From an uncultured Clostridia bacterium (GTDB lineage Bacteria; Bacillota; Clostridia; Oscillospirales; QAKW01): a stretch of DNA of 64,000 nt. Of the stretch, positions 1-8,655 are shown piece by piece. Location: contig CANQVN010000001.1 in NCBI GenBank assembly GCA_947627315.1, forward strand, positions 1,656 to 65,655, in the 5' to 3' direction. The notes below the pieces were generated by a model. That model was not told the DNA's origin. It made no database searches and saw only the letters and a program-made list of their open reading frames with translations. Made by a program: the position numbers and the translations under genes. Position 1 is the stretch's first letter. Every line of letters begins with the position of its first letter.

Positions 1-2
1 AC

Positions 3-1730
3 GCCGATTGGGATTGGGAATTATACACCGATGAGCGCGGCGAGTACGTTCTTTTTGAACAATACGGATCAGGTTGTATTTATAACTTTGTTCAGCACAG
101 ATTCATAAAAAGTCCGGAGCCTACCTTCAATTTTTATTTTGATGACGATACAGAGCCGCGCTTTACGATAAAGCCCTCGCAGTTCGGCGAAAAATACCCT
201 TTTATAGAACCGCTGGCCGGTAAATTCATAGGACCGTTGCTCGGAAGGGAAATAAGAGTGGTGCGCAGCTTTGTCCCGATGCCGTATACCTCCTACTGCA
301 AGGTGACCTCGGATATGCCGCTTCGCGGGCATCGTGCTCCCGGCGGCGGATGGGGACATATCGTCTGCCATACATATTCCGGTGAACCTTCAAAAAACAG
401 TTTTTTACCGTCTGACGGGAGATACCGCGAGCTTGCGGCGATTTGGGAGCAGCGGGGCACTACGCTGATACGCAGTGAAAATTCACACAGTATCCATGAA
501 TTAAAGCTGAACCCAAACGAAGAAAAACGCGTGTTCGCCTGTAACGGCGCCGCTCTCATCACGTCTTTGAGACTTCGTCTTTCCGACGAGTCAAACGTGG
601 CATTTAAAAATTTGTGGATACAGGCGCGTTGGGACGGGCATTCGCAAGCCGATATCGAACTGCCTGTGGGCTGTTTTTTCGGTGATGAACTCGGCTACGG
701 CGGACGAAGCTGCCTGTACAACGGATCGGATGGCCGCAGCGGATTTTATTCTTACTATCCGATGCCGTTTAAAGATTCGGCTGAGATTACGCTCATAAAT
801 CGCGGCGAGGAAGCGGTGTCTGTTGAAACCTTCACGGCTGCCTATACAAATAAATTTAACGACCTTTATACTACCGGCAGCTTCGGATATTTTATGAGTA
901 CGCCGTATTATCCAATAAAACCGACGAGCGGGTCGGACAGCCTGATAGCCAATATCTCCGGCATTTCCGGTCACGTTGTGGGAGCGACGATAACAGGATA
1001 TCCATACGAAACCAATAAAGCGAGCTGCGAGGGGGACGTTCGCATCCATTTTGATGGCATACGCACCCCGCAGATAGAGAGCGACGGAAGCGAAAGCTAT
1101 ATCTGCTATGGATGGGGATTCTGCTGTCCGCCGCAAAGCAATCCGATAAGCAGTTATGACGGAAAGCTGACCAATGAACGTGTCGACTGGAGTATGTTCC
1201 GTTCAATGCCCGGAGAACGCTACACCTTTTTTGATAAACTGCATTTTGGTATTGAGTCGTTTGGCTGCAACGAGCATAATATGTGCCATTCGGGCGCGAT
1301 TCTGTTTTATGGAGAACGGAAAAGCCGCGTGAAACTTTTGGGCGAATTTGGCGATGGGGAAGAGAGTCTCACTTCATATTTCGAGGGGGATGATGACGAT
1401 ATAGAGGTAACGCTTTGCGGGTCGCGCGGCAAGGAGACGGAATTTACCGTCGAAACCCGTGGGGCTGCGGAAATCGTGCTGCGCCGCGTCAGCGACCAAA
1501 CGGTGGCAAGGCAGTATGCCGAGGTGTATATAGACGGAGAAAAATGTGCAAAGCCGTGGTATTTTGCCGACAGTAACAAGTATAAACGCTGGCTTGAGGA
1601 CGAATATATTATCCCCAAAACGGCTTTCGGCGACAAGAAGACAATTAAAATCCGTATATCTCCGGCAGAATGCGGCGGTACGGTAAGCTTCAATCAATTC
1701 GGAATTTCCGTTTTCGGAAGATTTATATAA
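3..1730 (+). CDS. DUF2961 / GH172-like protein, 5'-truncated by the window start
   Basis: Frame 3 is open from the window edge (ADWDWELYTDERGEYVLFEQYG...) and continues into the 497-aa ORF, which resembles DUF2961 proteins. It ends before a strong terminator. Confidence 0.65.
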   Translation, partial: ADWDWELYTDERGEYVLFEQYGSGCIYNFVQHRFIKSPEPTFNFYFDDDTEPRFTIKPSQFGEKYPFIEPLAGKFIGPLLGREIRVVRSFVPMPYTSYCKVTSDMPLRGHRAPGGGWGHIVCHTYSGEPSKNSFLPSDGRYRELAAIWEQRGTTLIRSENSHSIHELKLNPNEEKRVFACNGAALITSLRLRLSDESNVAFKNLWIQARWDGHSQADIELPVGCFFGDELGYGGRSCLYNGSDGRSGFYSYYPMPFKDSAEITLINRGEEAVSVETFTAAYTNKFNDLYTTGSFGYFMSTPYYPIKPTSGSDSLIANISGISGHVVGATITGYPYETNKASCEGDVRIHFDGIRTPQIESDGSESYICYGWGFCCPPQSNPISSYDGKLTNERVDWSMFRSMPGERYTFFDKLHFGIESFGCNEHNMCHSGAILFYGERKSRVKLLGEFGDGEESLTSYFEGDDDDIEVTLCGSRGKETEFTVETRGAAEIVLRRVSDQTVARQYAEVYIDGEKCAKPWYFADSNKYKRWLEDEYIIPKTAFGDKKTIKIRISPAECGGTVSFNQFGISVFGRFI

Positions 1731-1739
1731 CAATAAAAA

Positions 1740-1778
1740 GGGCAGAAATTGCAAAACAAACGCAATTTCTGCCCTTTT
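1740..1778 (+). terminator. Rho-independent terminator of the GH172-like gene
   Basis: Perfect stem gggcagaaattgc / gcaatttctgccc followed by a T-run. Confidence 0.85.
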
Positions 1779-1992
1779 TATCAGCGTCGAAGCAAAGCGG
1801 ACTTTGCCGGGGTGCGCGACGGCGCGCAAACCGCGAAATGCTTGAACGCAGTGAGTTTTTCACAGAGAGGAGGAGCAGCGGAGAATGTGAGCTTTTGAGC
1901 CTGCGAGAAAGCGAACAAAACGAAGCTTGCGACGACGACGCTCGTCGGTCTCATAACCCGGAACACCGAGATGGTCAGACTTTCCGCATATA

Positions 1993-2029
1993 AAAGAGCA
2001 CAGACACCGCAAGGGTGTCTGTGCTCTTT
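1993..2029 (-). terminator. Hairpin immediately 3' of the partial tRNA
   Basis: Perfect 16-bp arms aaagagcacagacacc / ggtgtctgtgctcttt with a 5-nt loop. Confidence 0.75.
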
Positions 2030-2073
2030 GGTTGCGGAGGAAGGACTTGAACCAACGACCTTCGGGTTATGAG
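2029..2073 (-). tRNA. 3' fragment of a tRNA with CAT anticodon (probable tRNA-Met); putative attL
   Basis: Minus strand reads CTCATAACCCGAAGGTCGTTGGTTCAAGTCCTTCCTCCGCAACCA (anticodon loop, T-arm, acceptor, CCA). The 5' half is absent. Confidence 0.7.
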
Positions 2074-2374
2074 ATATTATCTGCGGTTTCACATTCAATA
2101 CACGATAGTGTTATTTTATCACGGATAGTCCCTTTTTTCAAGGGTTTTGGCAGTAGATGATTCCCTTTTGGTACCATCGCGTATCACAGCGTATCACTGC
2201 GGTTGGTGTCAGCGTTGGTGTCAAAATAAAGATCTATTGTCGTGCAATTATATTTTAAAAAAGCAAATGGCTCGTCGGGTTTAGTAACTTGTTAAATTTA
2301 CAGTCTTTGGGTTTAAAACTTCGTAACACTTTATACTTTGGGTTAACGGCATTTGTTTTGCAGCCACTCTTTTT

Positions 2375-2446
2375 GGCGCAGAAAAGGATTTGCTATGTGT
2401 CTTGCAATAAACAAGGCAATACATTTCTATTTCTGCGCCTTTTTTA
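2375..2446 (+). terminator. Terminator/attenuator-like hairpin in the leader of the first ICE gene
   Basis: ggcgcagaaa ... tttctgcgcc followed by a T7 run, 21 nt before the start codon at 2468. Confidence 0.65.
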
Positions 2447-2467
2447 TTTTTTACAAGGAGAAAAAAT

Positions 2468-3571
2468 ATGTCAAAATACAAATTACAGTTAAAACAAATC
2501 GTGGATTACCCGCGATGCCGAATTTACCGACAATTTATTCGGCAATTGATAGAAGATCGGAACATTCGTTTGGGCGGAAGTTCCGGTCTTTATTATTATA
2601 CTGTTTTATCCTGCTTTGCAAACTTCCGCACATCCCATAAACGCATCGACGGAATAAGTTATACGGTTTATCCCGGTGAATGGGTGTGCAGGATAAGCGA
2701 GGTATGCGAATGGTTTCGCGTAAGGTTCCACCATCAGGCTTTTTCGATACTAAACGATCTTGTGAAGCGCAAGCTGATCACATTTTCCCTGCTCGGTCAC
2801 GGCAACATCATAAAATATACAATATGCGACTGGAAAAAAGCAAACCGTGTCCTGGAGTATAATGCGCCATGTCAAAAGGACACGGGCTTTTTCTTTCTGC
2901 CCATATCAAAAGCAAATGAACTGGTCGGTTCGGGGCGATGCTCGGAAATGGACGTTCTGTTGGATATGTGGATCAATGCCGTGTATAACGACAGTCGGGT
3001 TTCCGCTTCCGAAGCCGGTCCCGTTGTGTATTTCAGAAACGGAACGGGCTGCCCGCTTACCTGTTATGCGGAACTGGCAAAAAGATGGGGCGTATCAAAA
3101 GCAACAGCCGGTCGCTATGTAAGACGGTTGGACGATATCGGATATATAACGCAGATCAGTTTTCCCGGTACTTACGGCAGTGCCATCTACCTTCAGAATT
3201 ACCTTTCCACCATGTTTCAGATTTCCGATGTAATGATAGATAAGGAGGAAGTGGCGATGATGCTGGATATCCATATAAGCACGCCGGACGAAAACGATCA
3301 AAGCGTTTCAAAAGACGATCTCAGCGTATCAGAATCGCACATTGAAATGATACGGGAAAAAGTCGAAAAAATCCTTACCGCACAAGGCGTTTTGTGTGTT
3401 TCGTGTCCGAAAATCAAATATAAGTTATTTCCTTTATCCGATTGCGGTGAAGATATCTTATCAAGAGTAAATATCATACCCCCTATCCGCCGATATATAC
3501 TGCTTCTATCCTGTGACGGTAAAAACGAAATCATGCGGTTTTGTATCAAACTTACAGAGGAGGGATCGTAA
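2468..3571 (+). CDS. Winged-helix/HTH replication-initiator-like or regulatory protein
   Basis: 367-aa ORF preceded by an AAGGAG ribosome-binding site, with an HTH-like segment TCYAELAKRWGVSKATAGRYVRRLDDIGYI. Confidence 0.5.
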   Translation: MSKYKLQLKQIVDYPRCRIYRQFIRQLIEDRNIRLGGSSGLYYYTVLSCFANFRTSHKRIDGISYTVYPGEWVCRISEVCEWFRVRFHHQAFSILNDLVKRKLITFSLLGHGNIIKYTICDWKKANRVLEYNAPCQKDTGFFFLPISKANELVGSGRCSEMDVLLDMWINAVYNDSRVSASEAGPVVYFRNGTGCPLTCYAELAKRWGVSKATAGRYVRRLDDIGYITQISFPGTYGSAIYLQNYLSTMFQISDVMIDKEEVAMMLDIHISTPDENDQSVSKDDLSVSESHIEMIREKVEKILTAQGVLCVSCPKIKYKLFPLSDCGEDILSRVNIIPPIRRYILLLSCDGKNEIMRFCIKLTEEGS

Positions 3572-4101
3572 TGTCAAAACAGGAACTGATCAATAATCCC
3601 GTCTACCACGATACGCTTACGCTTCTGAAAAAATACAGAGACGTTGTGTGGAGCGTCGAGCTGTCCGTTCAGCGTGTGCGCAGAAAATTTCAAATCGAGT
3701 ATGGCACGTCCATAGAGGATTTTCTCGATTCGATATACCTGGCGGGCATTGATTTTGAAGAGAGCGACATTGCCGAACACGCGCAAAGCATCGAGCGAAG
3801 TTATAAGATGCTTCGGCTTGTCGAGTCCTCCGTTAATCTGCTCCGCGAAAAGCATAAAAACGGAGAGACGTATTACTGGATACTTTATTACAGTTTTCTG
3901 TCGCCACGGCAGTACCGCAATGCCGATGAGATCATAGAGCAGCTACGCCCGCATATCCAAGATATCAGTTACCGTACCTACTACAGAAAACGCCGCGAAG
4001 CTATAGAGGCTTTCTCCTCAATCTTGTGGGGCTATTCCTCCCGCGACAGCTTAAATCTTTTAGAGCGGTTTTTCCCGAATGACGAAAAAGACGGGAACTG
4101 A
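3571..4101 (+). CDS. Hypothetical protein, possibly ArpU-like or sigma-like regulator
   Basis: ORF overlaps the upstream stop (taatg) and has an RBS. C-terminal ISYRTYYRKRREAIEAFSSILWG segment. Confidence 0.45.
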   Translation: MSKQELINNPVYHDTLTLLKKYRDVVWSVELSVQRVRRKFQIEYGTSIEDFLDSIYLAGIDFEESDIAEHAQSIERSYKMLRLVESSVNLLREKHKNGETYYWILYYSFLSPRQYRNADEIIEQLRPHIQDISYRTYYRKRREAIEAFSSILWGYSSRDSLNLLERFFPNDEKDGN

Positions 4102-4246
4102 CATAAAATTGGCACGGTATTGCTATTGCGGCGTAAATGAGGGCGTGATAGAATGGGTATGCTCAAAACTATGTCACAAGTTCAAAGCACCATTTTCGGA
4201 TGGTGTTTTTTATATTGCTCAAAAGAGGTTAAGGAGGAACAATTAC

Positions 4247-4624
4247 TTGAAAAACAAAAACACTGCCGTAAAACGAAAAAGCGACCGCCATATGGATTGG
4301 GGGCGCATCCTTTTCACACTATTTGTGATGACGTGCCTGTTTTCCGTGATGGCTTTCAGAACCTTTGCCGCGCCTACGGTGTGGGATAAAGCGACCGAGA
4401 TAATGAAGGACGTTTATAACCAGGTGCTTGCAATATCCACCATCGCGGCAATCGTCACAGCATCGATAGCGTTGCTTTTAATGAATTTTTCAAAGTCGGG
4501 CCGTACCGTTGACGAGTCGCGCGCGTGGTTGAAAAGAATTATTATCACCTGGGCTATTCTGAACGGGCTCGGTTTTATTATGGCGTATATCACTCCGTTC
4601 TTTTCGGGAGGAAAATGGGGTTGA
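4247..4624 (+). CDS. Small membrane protein, VirB2/TrbC-like pilin candidate
   Basis: TTG start after AAGGAGG. Signal-like N-terminus then two hydrophobic segments. First gene of the transfer module. Confidence 0.55.
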   Translation: MKNKNTAVKRKSDRHMDWGRILFTLFVMTCLFSVMAFRTFAAPTVWDKATEIMKDVYNQVLAISTIAAIVTASIALLLMNFSKSGRTVDESRAWLKRIIITWAILNGLGFIMAYITPFFSGGKWG

Positions 4625-4646
4625 CGAAAGGATGTGATCGTGCCGT

Positions 4647-5357
4647 ATGGGCATTTTAGACGGGATTGTTCAATGGATCGCTGAGCAGGTCATGAACGCG
4701 CTGGATCTGATCAGCACATCGGTTTTGGGCGCGCTGGGGTGCAACATGGATACTTTCCTGCGTTATTTCCCCGCCGCCGAAACCATGTATAACATATTTG
4801 TTGCTCTGGCAATCGGCTTGATATTGCTCAATTGGATATGGCAGCTGTTCAAAAACTACGGGTTGTCTGCCGGCGTGGAAGCGGAAGATCCGGTGAAACT
4901 GTCATTGCGCTCGATTCTCTTTATTCTGCTTGCCTACTTTTCGGATGATATTGTAAATATTATTTTGAAGATCGGCGGCACACCGTATAAATGGATCTTG
5001 AACTTCGAACTGCCGCCTTTGAATTTTTCGGATTTCAACAGCGTCCTGCTTACGATTTTGGGAGTGTGCGCAAACGGCGCAGTTGCCATTATTGCGCTAA
5101 TACTGATCCTTATTTTAGCGTGGAATTATATAAAGCTGTTATTTGAAGCGGCAGAGAGATATGTTCTGCTTGGCGTTCTGGTATACACCGCTCCGGTAGC
5201 CTTCGCTACGGGAGCATCCCAAACGACGGGCAATATATTCAAGAGTTGGTGCAGGATGTTCGCCGGGCAGATCTTTCTGCTGATTATGAATGCTTGGTGC
5301 CTGCGATTATTCACCTCAATGGTCGGAACATTTCTTTCAAATCCATTGTCATTGTAA
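4647..5357 (+). CDS. Polytopic membrane protein, VirB6/TrbL-like
   Basis: 236-aa highly hydrophobic ORF in conjugation gene order. Confidence 0.6.
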   Translation: MGILDGIVQWIAEQVMNALDLISTSVLGALGCNMDTFLRYFPAAETMYNIFVALAIGLILLNWIWQLFKNYGLSAGVEAEDPVKLSLRSILFILLAYFSDDIVNIILKIGGTPYKWILNFELPPLNFSDFNSVLLTILGVCANGAVAIIALILILILAWNYIKLLFEAAERYVLLGVLVYTAPVAFATGASQTTGNIFKSWCRMFAGQIFLLIMNAWCLRLFTSMVGTFLSNPLSL

Positions 5358-5367
5358 AGGGGAAAAT

Positions 5368-6294
5368 ATGAAAAAAAGAACAAAAGCGTTAATTCTAGCG
5401 GCGGTCGTTGCGACAGCCTTGTGTCTTCTCTCCGTTTCGGCTTTTGCTTTGACGGAAAGCGAAGTGCAGCGGCAGGTCGATGCAGCGGGTCGTGAATCGG
5501 TGACCGGGAATATATTCATTTGGTTTCTGTGCGCCGTTGCATTTTTAAAAGTATCTCAAAAAATAGACAGTTTTTTATCGTCGCTCGGCATCAATGTCGG
5601 TCATACGGGCGGCTCGATGTTGGCGGAAGCAATGATCGCCATGCGCGGTGTCGGTATGGCTAAAGGTATGATGGGCGGAAACGGCGGTTATTCGGGACAT
5701 TCTGCGGGAGGGTCGGTTTCCTCGTCTGACGGAGCGGGCTTTATGAGCGGAGGGCTTGCCGGAGTCGTAAGCAGAAAATTCACAAACGACGCCGTAAAAT
5801 CGGCGACAAACGGCGGCGGAGGAGGAATAGGCGGAGCCGCGTTTTCCGCGTCCGTCAGCAAGGGCGGCGGATTTGCCAATCGTGTTATCGGCGATGTGGC
5901 AACGGGAGATATATCCAAAAAAGGCACGATCAGCGGCGAGGGAGCGTCTGATGCGCTGATGTCCTATCTCGGCTATACGGCACTCGGAAGCGATACGGAG
6001 GATGTTCCCTCGTTCAGCAATGTCGAGATAGGCGGCGGGCGGATAACCGCAACGGAGGTGACGCCCACCAATCCGAACGGTATTGAAACGGCAATGTATC
6101 ACGCGGAAAAATATGCCGCGCCCGACGGGAACTATACGACGGTAACGACCGCGGACGGATCTTCCTGGTATAAACAATATGCGGTCGATACGGTAGAACG
6201 CACTCCATATTCCGCGCCGGACGGCGAAGTGGCATATCATGAAAAAATCGTAAAGAAGCTACCCAAATCCCCGCCGCGAAAGGATAAACTGTAA
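5368..6294 (+). CDS. Secreted/membrane Gly-rich conjugation protein
   Basis: Starts MKKRTKALILAAVVATALCLLSVSAFA (signal peptide) with RBS aaagggg. Gly/Ser-rich centre. Confidence 0.5.
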   Translation: MKKRTKALILAAVVATALCLLSVSAFALTESEVQRQVDAAGRESVTGNIFIWFLCAVAFLKVSQKIDSFLSSLGINVGHTGGSMLAEAMIAMRGVGMAKGMMGGNGGYSGHSAGGSVSSSDGAGFMSGGLAGVVSRKFTNDAVKSATNGGGGGIGGAAFSASVSKGGGFANRVIGDVATGDISKKGTISGEGASDALMSYLGYTALGSDTEDVPSFSNVEIGGGRITATEVTPTNPNGIETAMYHAEKYAAPDGNYTTVTTADGSSWYKQYAVDTVERTPYSAPDGEVAYHEKIVKKLPKSPPRKDKL

Positions 6295-7691
6295 TGGCGG
6301 AAGAAAACAGAAATTCTGTGACGGAACAACTTCAAAAAGGCGCTCAGGCTGCCGGTGCTGTAAAAAGCGCCGTCAAGACGGGTAAAGCAATCGCCGCTGC
6401 CGCAAAAGGCGCCGCGGCGGGCGGACCGTTTGGCGCCGCTGCGGGATTTGTATTGCAAAATCGAAAGCTGATAGCAAAACTTGCAATAGCCCTGGTCGCC
6501 TTTTTGCTTTTGCCCGTCCTGTTCATCTGTATGCTGCCCTCTCTCGTATTCGGTGGGTTGGGAAACGAATATTCTCCAAGCGATCCCGACACGCCGATTT
6601 TGAACAGCGATACGGCGCTTACCGCAAATATGACCTCCGCTTCGGATGCGATAAGCAGAGTATTGTCGGACGGCATGTCCGAGCTTTTGGAGCAAATCGA
6701 CCGTGACTATGCGGCTTCGGGAGCGGAGCGGAAAGAAATTATCAATCCGTATGAGAACTCGCCGTCCTTTAACGCAAACCGCTTTATAAGCCAATACTGC
6801 GCGTCGAAAAACGAGGATTTTTCGGCGGTTTCGCTTGAGGATATGAATAGCATACTGAAAAGCGGGAAAGACGAACTGTATTCATACGAAAGAGTGTTGC
6901 AGCAACGGACAGTCAAAAAAGAAGTTGTAACGATCGATCCCACTACCGAAAAAGAGGTCAAAACCGAGATCTCGGAAACGAAGCTGTGGGCGTCTTACAC
7001 TGTGAAGTACAACGGCGAAATGTATTTTGCCGACCGGATCTTTCACCTGAATGACGAGCAGAAGCAACTCGCCGAAAACTACGCGCAGAACCTCAGTCTG
7101 TTTTTGGGCGACAGTATGTTTCAGTGTCTGCCGGACGGCTACAGCGCATCCCCTTCGCTCGGAGATATTCGGTTTACCGACGGACAAATCCCCGTTGTAT
7201 ACTACAATCAGGTGGACGAACGCTATTCCGATCAGCCATACGGAACGGACAAAATCGGCAGCTGCGGATGCGGACCGACCGCGATGGCAATAGTGGTATC
7301 GTCGTTAACGGATAGTACGGTCGATCCCGTAACGATGGCGGAATGGTCGTATAAAAACGGATATTGGTGCTCGGGGAGCGGATCGTATCACGATTTGATA
7401 CCGGAAGCGGCAAAGGCTTGGAAACTGCCTGTGGAGGGCTGCGGCAAAAATAACGGTCAAATGATTGCCGACGCCCTTTCCAAAGGGAAATTGGTTGTCG
7501 CTCTGATGGTAAAGGGTCATTTTACCAAGACCGGTCATTTTATCGTTTTACGCGGCGTGAGAAACGGAAAAATTCTTGTGGCGGATCCGGTCAGTTACGC
7601 ACGCAGCGAACAGGAATGGGATCTTTCGGTCATTCTGAGCGAAGCAAGCCCGAACGCGGGAGCAGGCGGACCGTTTTGGATCATAGGATAG
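6294..7691 (+). CDS. Membrane-anchored C39-like cysteine peptidase, likely conjugation-associated
   Basis: Transmembrane segment ALVAFLLLPVLFICML. Catalytic-type motifs VYYNQVDERYSDQPYG...GSCGCGPTAMAIV...GHFIVLRG. Confidence 0.7.
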   Translation: MAEENRNSVTEQLQKGAQAAGAVKSAVKTGKAIAAAAKGAAAGGPFGAAAGFVLQNRKLIAKLAIALVAFLLLPVLFICMLPSLVFGGLGNEYSPSDPDTPILNSDTALTANMTSASDAISRVLSDGMSELLEQIDRDYAASGAERKEIINPYENSPSFNANRFISQYCASKNEDFSAVSLEDMNSILKSGKDELYSYERVLQQRTVKKEVVTIDPTTEKEVKTEISETKLWASYTVKYNGEMYFADRIFHLNDEQKQLAENYAQNLSLFLGDSMFQCLPDGYSASPSLGDIRFTDGQIPVVYYNQVDERYSDQPYGTDKIGSCGCGPTAMAIVVSSLTDSTVDPVTMAEWSYKNGYWCSGSGSYHDLIPEAAKAWKLPVEGCGKNNGQMIADALSKGKLVVALMVKGHFTKTGHFIVLRGVRNGKILVADPVSYARSEQEWDLSVILSEASPNAGAGGPFWIIG

Positions 7692-7753
7692 AACAGATTG
7701 CATATACTATAAATAGCAGTATCAATAAAACGATAAATTTATCTACATATATG

Positions 7754-7782
7754 TTGACAAATAAACTGATATATGCTATGCT
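7754..7782 (+). promoter_or_regulatory. Sigma-A-type promoter for the toxin-antitoxin pair
   Basis: TTGACA - 17 nt - TATGCT. Confidence 0.7.
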
Positions 7783-7802
7783 GTTCTATGCGAGGTGATA
7801 GT

Positions 7803-8126
7803 ATGTTTAATATTGCAAGTGCGATCCGGAATACGATTTCCATAACGCTTTTCAACCGCGGACAGGCGGGCAAGATTTTCGAAGACGTGAAAAAAAGCGG
7901 CGCAAAAGTGGTGATGAAAAACAACACCGCAGAATGCGTGCTGATGTCGCCGGACGAGTATCTCAAACTGATCGATGAGGTAAACGACGCGCGTCTGCTT
8001 GCCGAGGCGACAGGTCGGATGGCAAAATTCAACGCCGCCGACGCCATCCCTGCCGAAAAAGTCTATGACGATCTTGGGATCACGCCGTCTGCTCTTGAAA
8101 GCTCCGACGAGGTGGAGTTTGAATGA
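7803..8126 (+). CDS. Phd/YefM/RelB-like antitoxin
   Basis: 107-aa protein (KKSGAKVVMKNNTAECVLMSPDEYLKLIDE), with an ATGA overlap to a RelE-like gene. Confidence 0.75.
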   Translation: MFNIASAIRNTISITLFNRGQAGKIFEDVKKSGAKVVMKNNTAECVLMSPDEYLKLIDEVNDARLLAEATGRMAKFNAADAIPAEKVYDDLGITPSALESSDEVEFE

Positions 8127-8455
8127 TGTGGACGCTCAAGTTTTTGCCGGAGGCAGAAAAGGATTTGAAAAAACTTTCCGGCAATCAGCGTATAATGACT
8201 GTTAAAGCCATTGAAAAGGTGCGGCAAAACCCACTTCCCGCGTCGGAGGGCGGTTACGGAAAGCCGCTCGGACATAAGGGTGCAAACGATTTGATCGGCT
8301 TTTTGAAAATCAAACTCAAGGACGCCGGGATCCGTGTTGTTTACAAACTGATACGAACGGATAGCGAAATGCTGATCGTCGTGATAGGCGCGCGGGCGGA
8401 CGATGAAGTTTATAATGCCGCACAGCATCGCGCGGACAACAACAATCTAAACTGA
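8123..8455 (+). CDS. RelE/ParE-superfamily toxin
   Basis: MWTLKFLPEAEKDLKKLSGNQRIMTVKAIEKVRQNP...GIRVVYKLIRTDSEMLIVVIGARADDEVY. Confidence 0.8.
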   Translation: MMWTLKFLPEAEKDLKKLSGNQRIMTVKAIEKVRQNPLPASEGGYGKPLGHKGANDLIGFLKIKLKDAGIRVVYKLIRTDSEMLIVVIGARADDEVYNAAQHRADNNNLN

Positions 8456-8655
8456 AATCAAATGAAATTCCTCATTCGGTACATAATACCGGGTGAGGAA
8501 TTTTATATTGGGAGCGAGGAGAAATGTTTTATATATATCATTTTTTGTTGGAGGTATGTTCGGCGTGGTCCTTATGTGCATATTTCAAATAAGCGGACAA
8601 AACTCCGATGCGGAAAGGCGGTATTTGCAAATGAAAAGAGAGGAGGAACCGAGCG

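Noticed and set aside
1781-2098. 105-aa minus-strand ORF (MNVKPQIISHNPKVVGSSPSSATKEH...)
   Set aside because: NPKVVGSSPSSAT is the usual spurious translation of a tRNA T-arm/acceptor region, not a protein.
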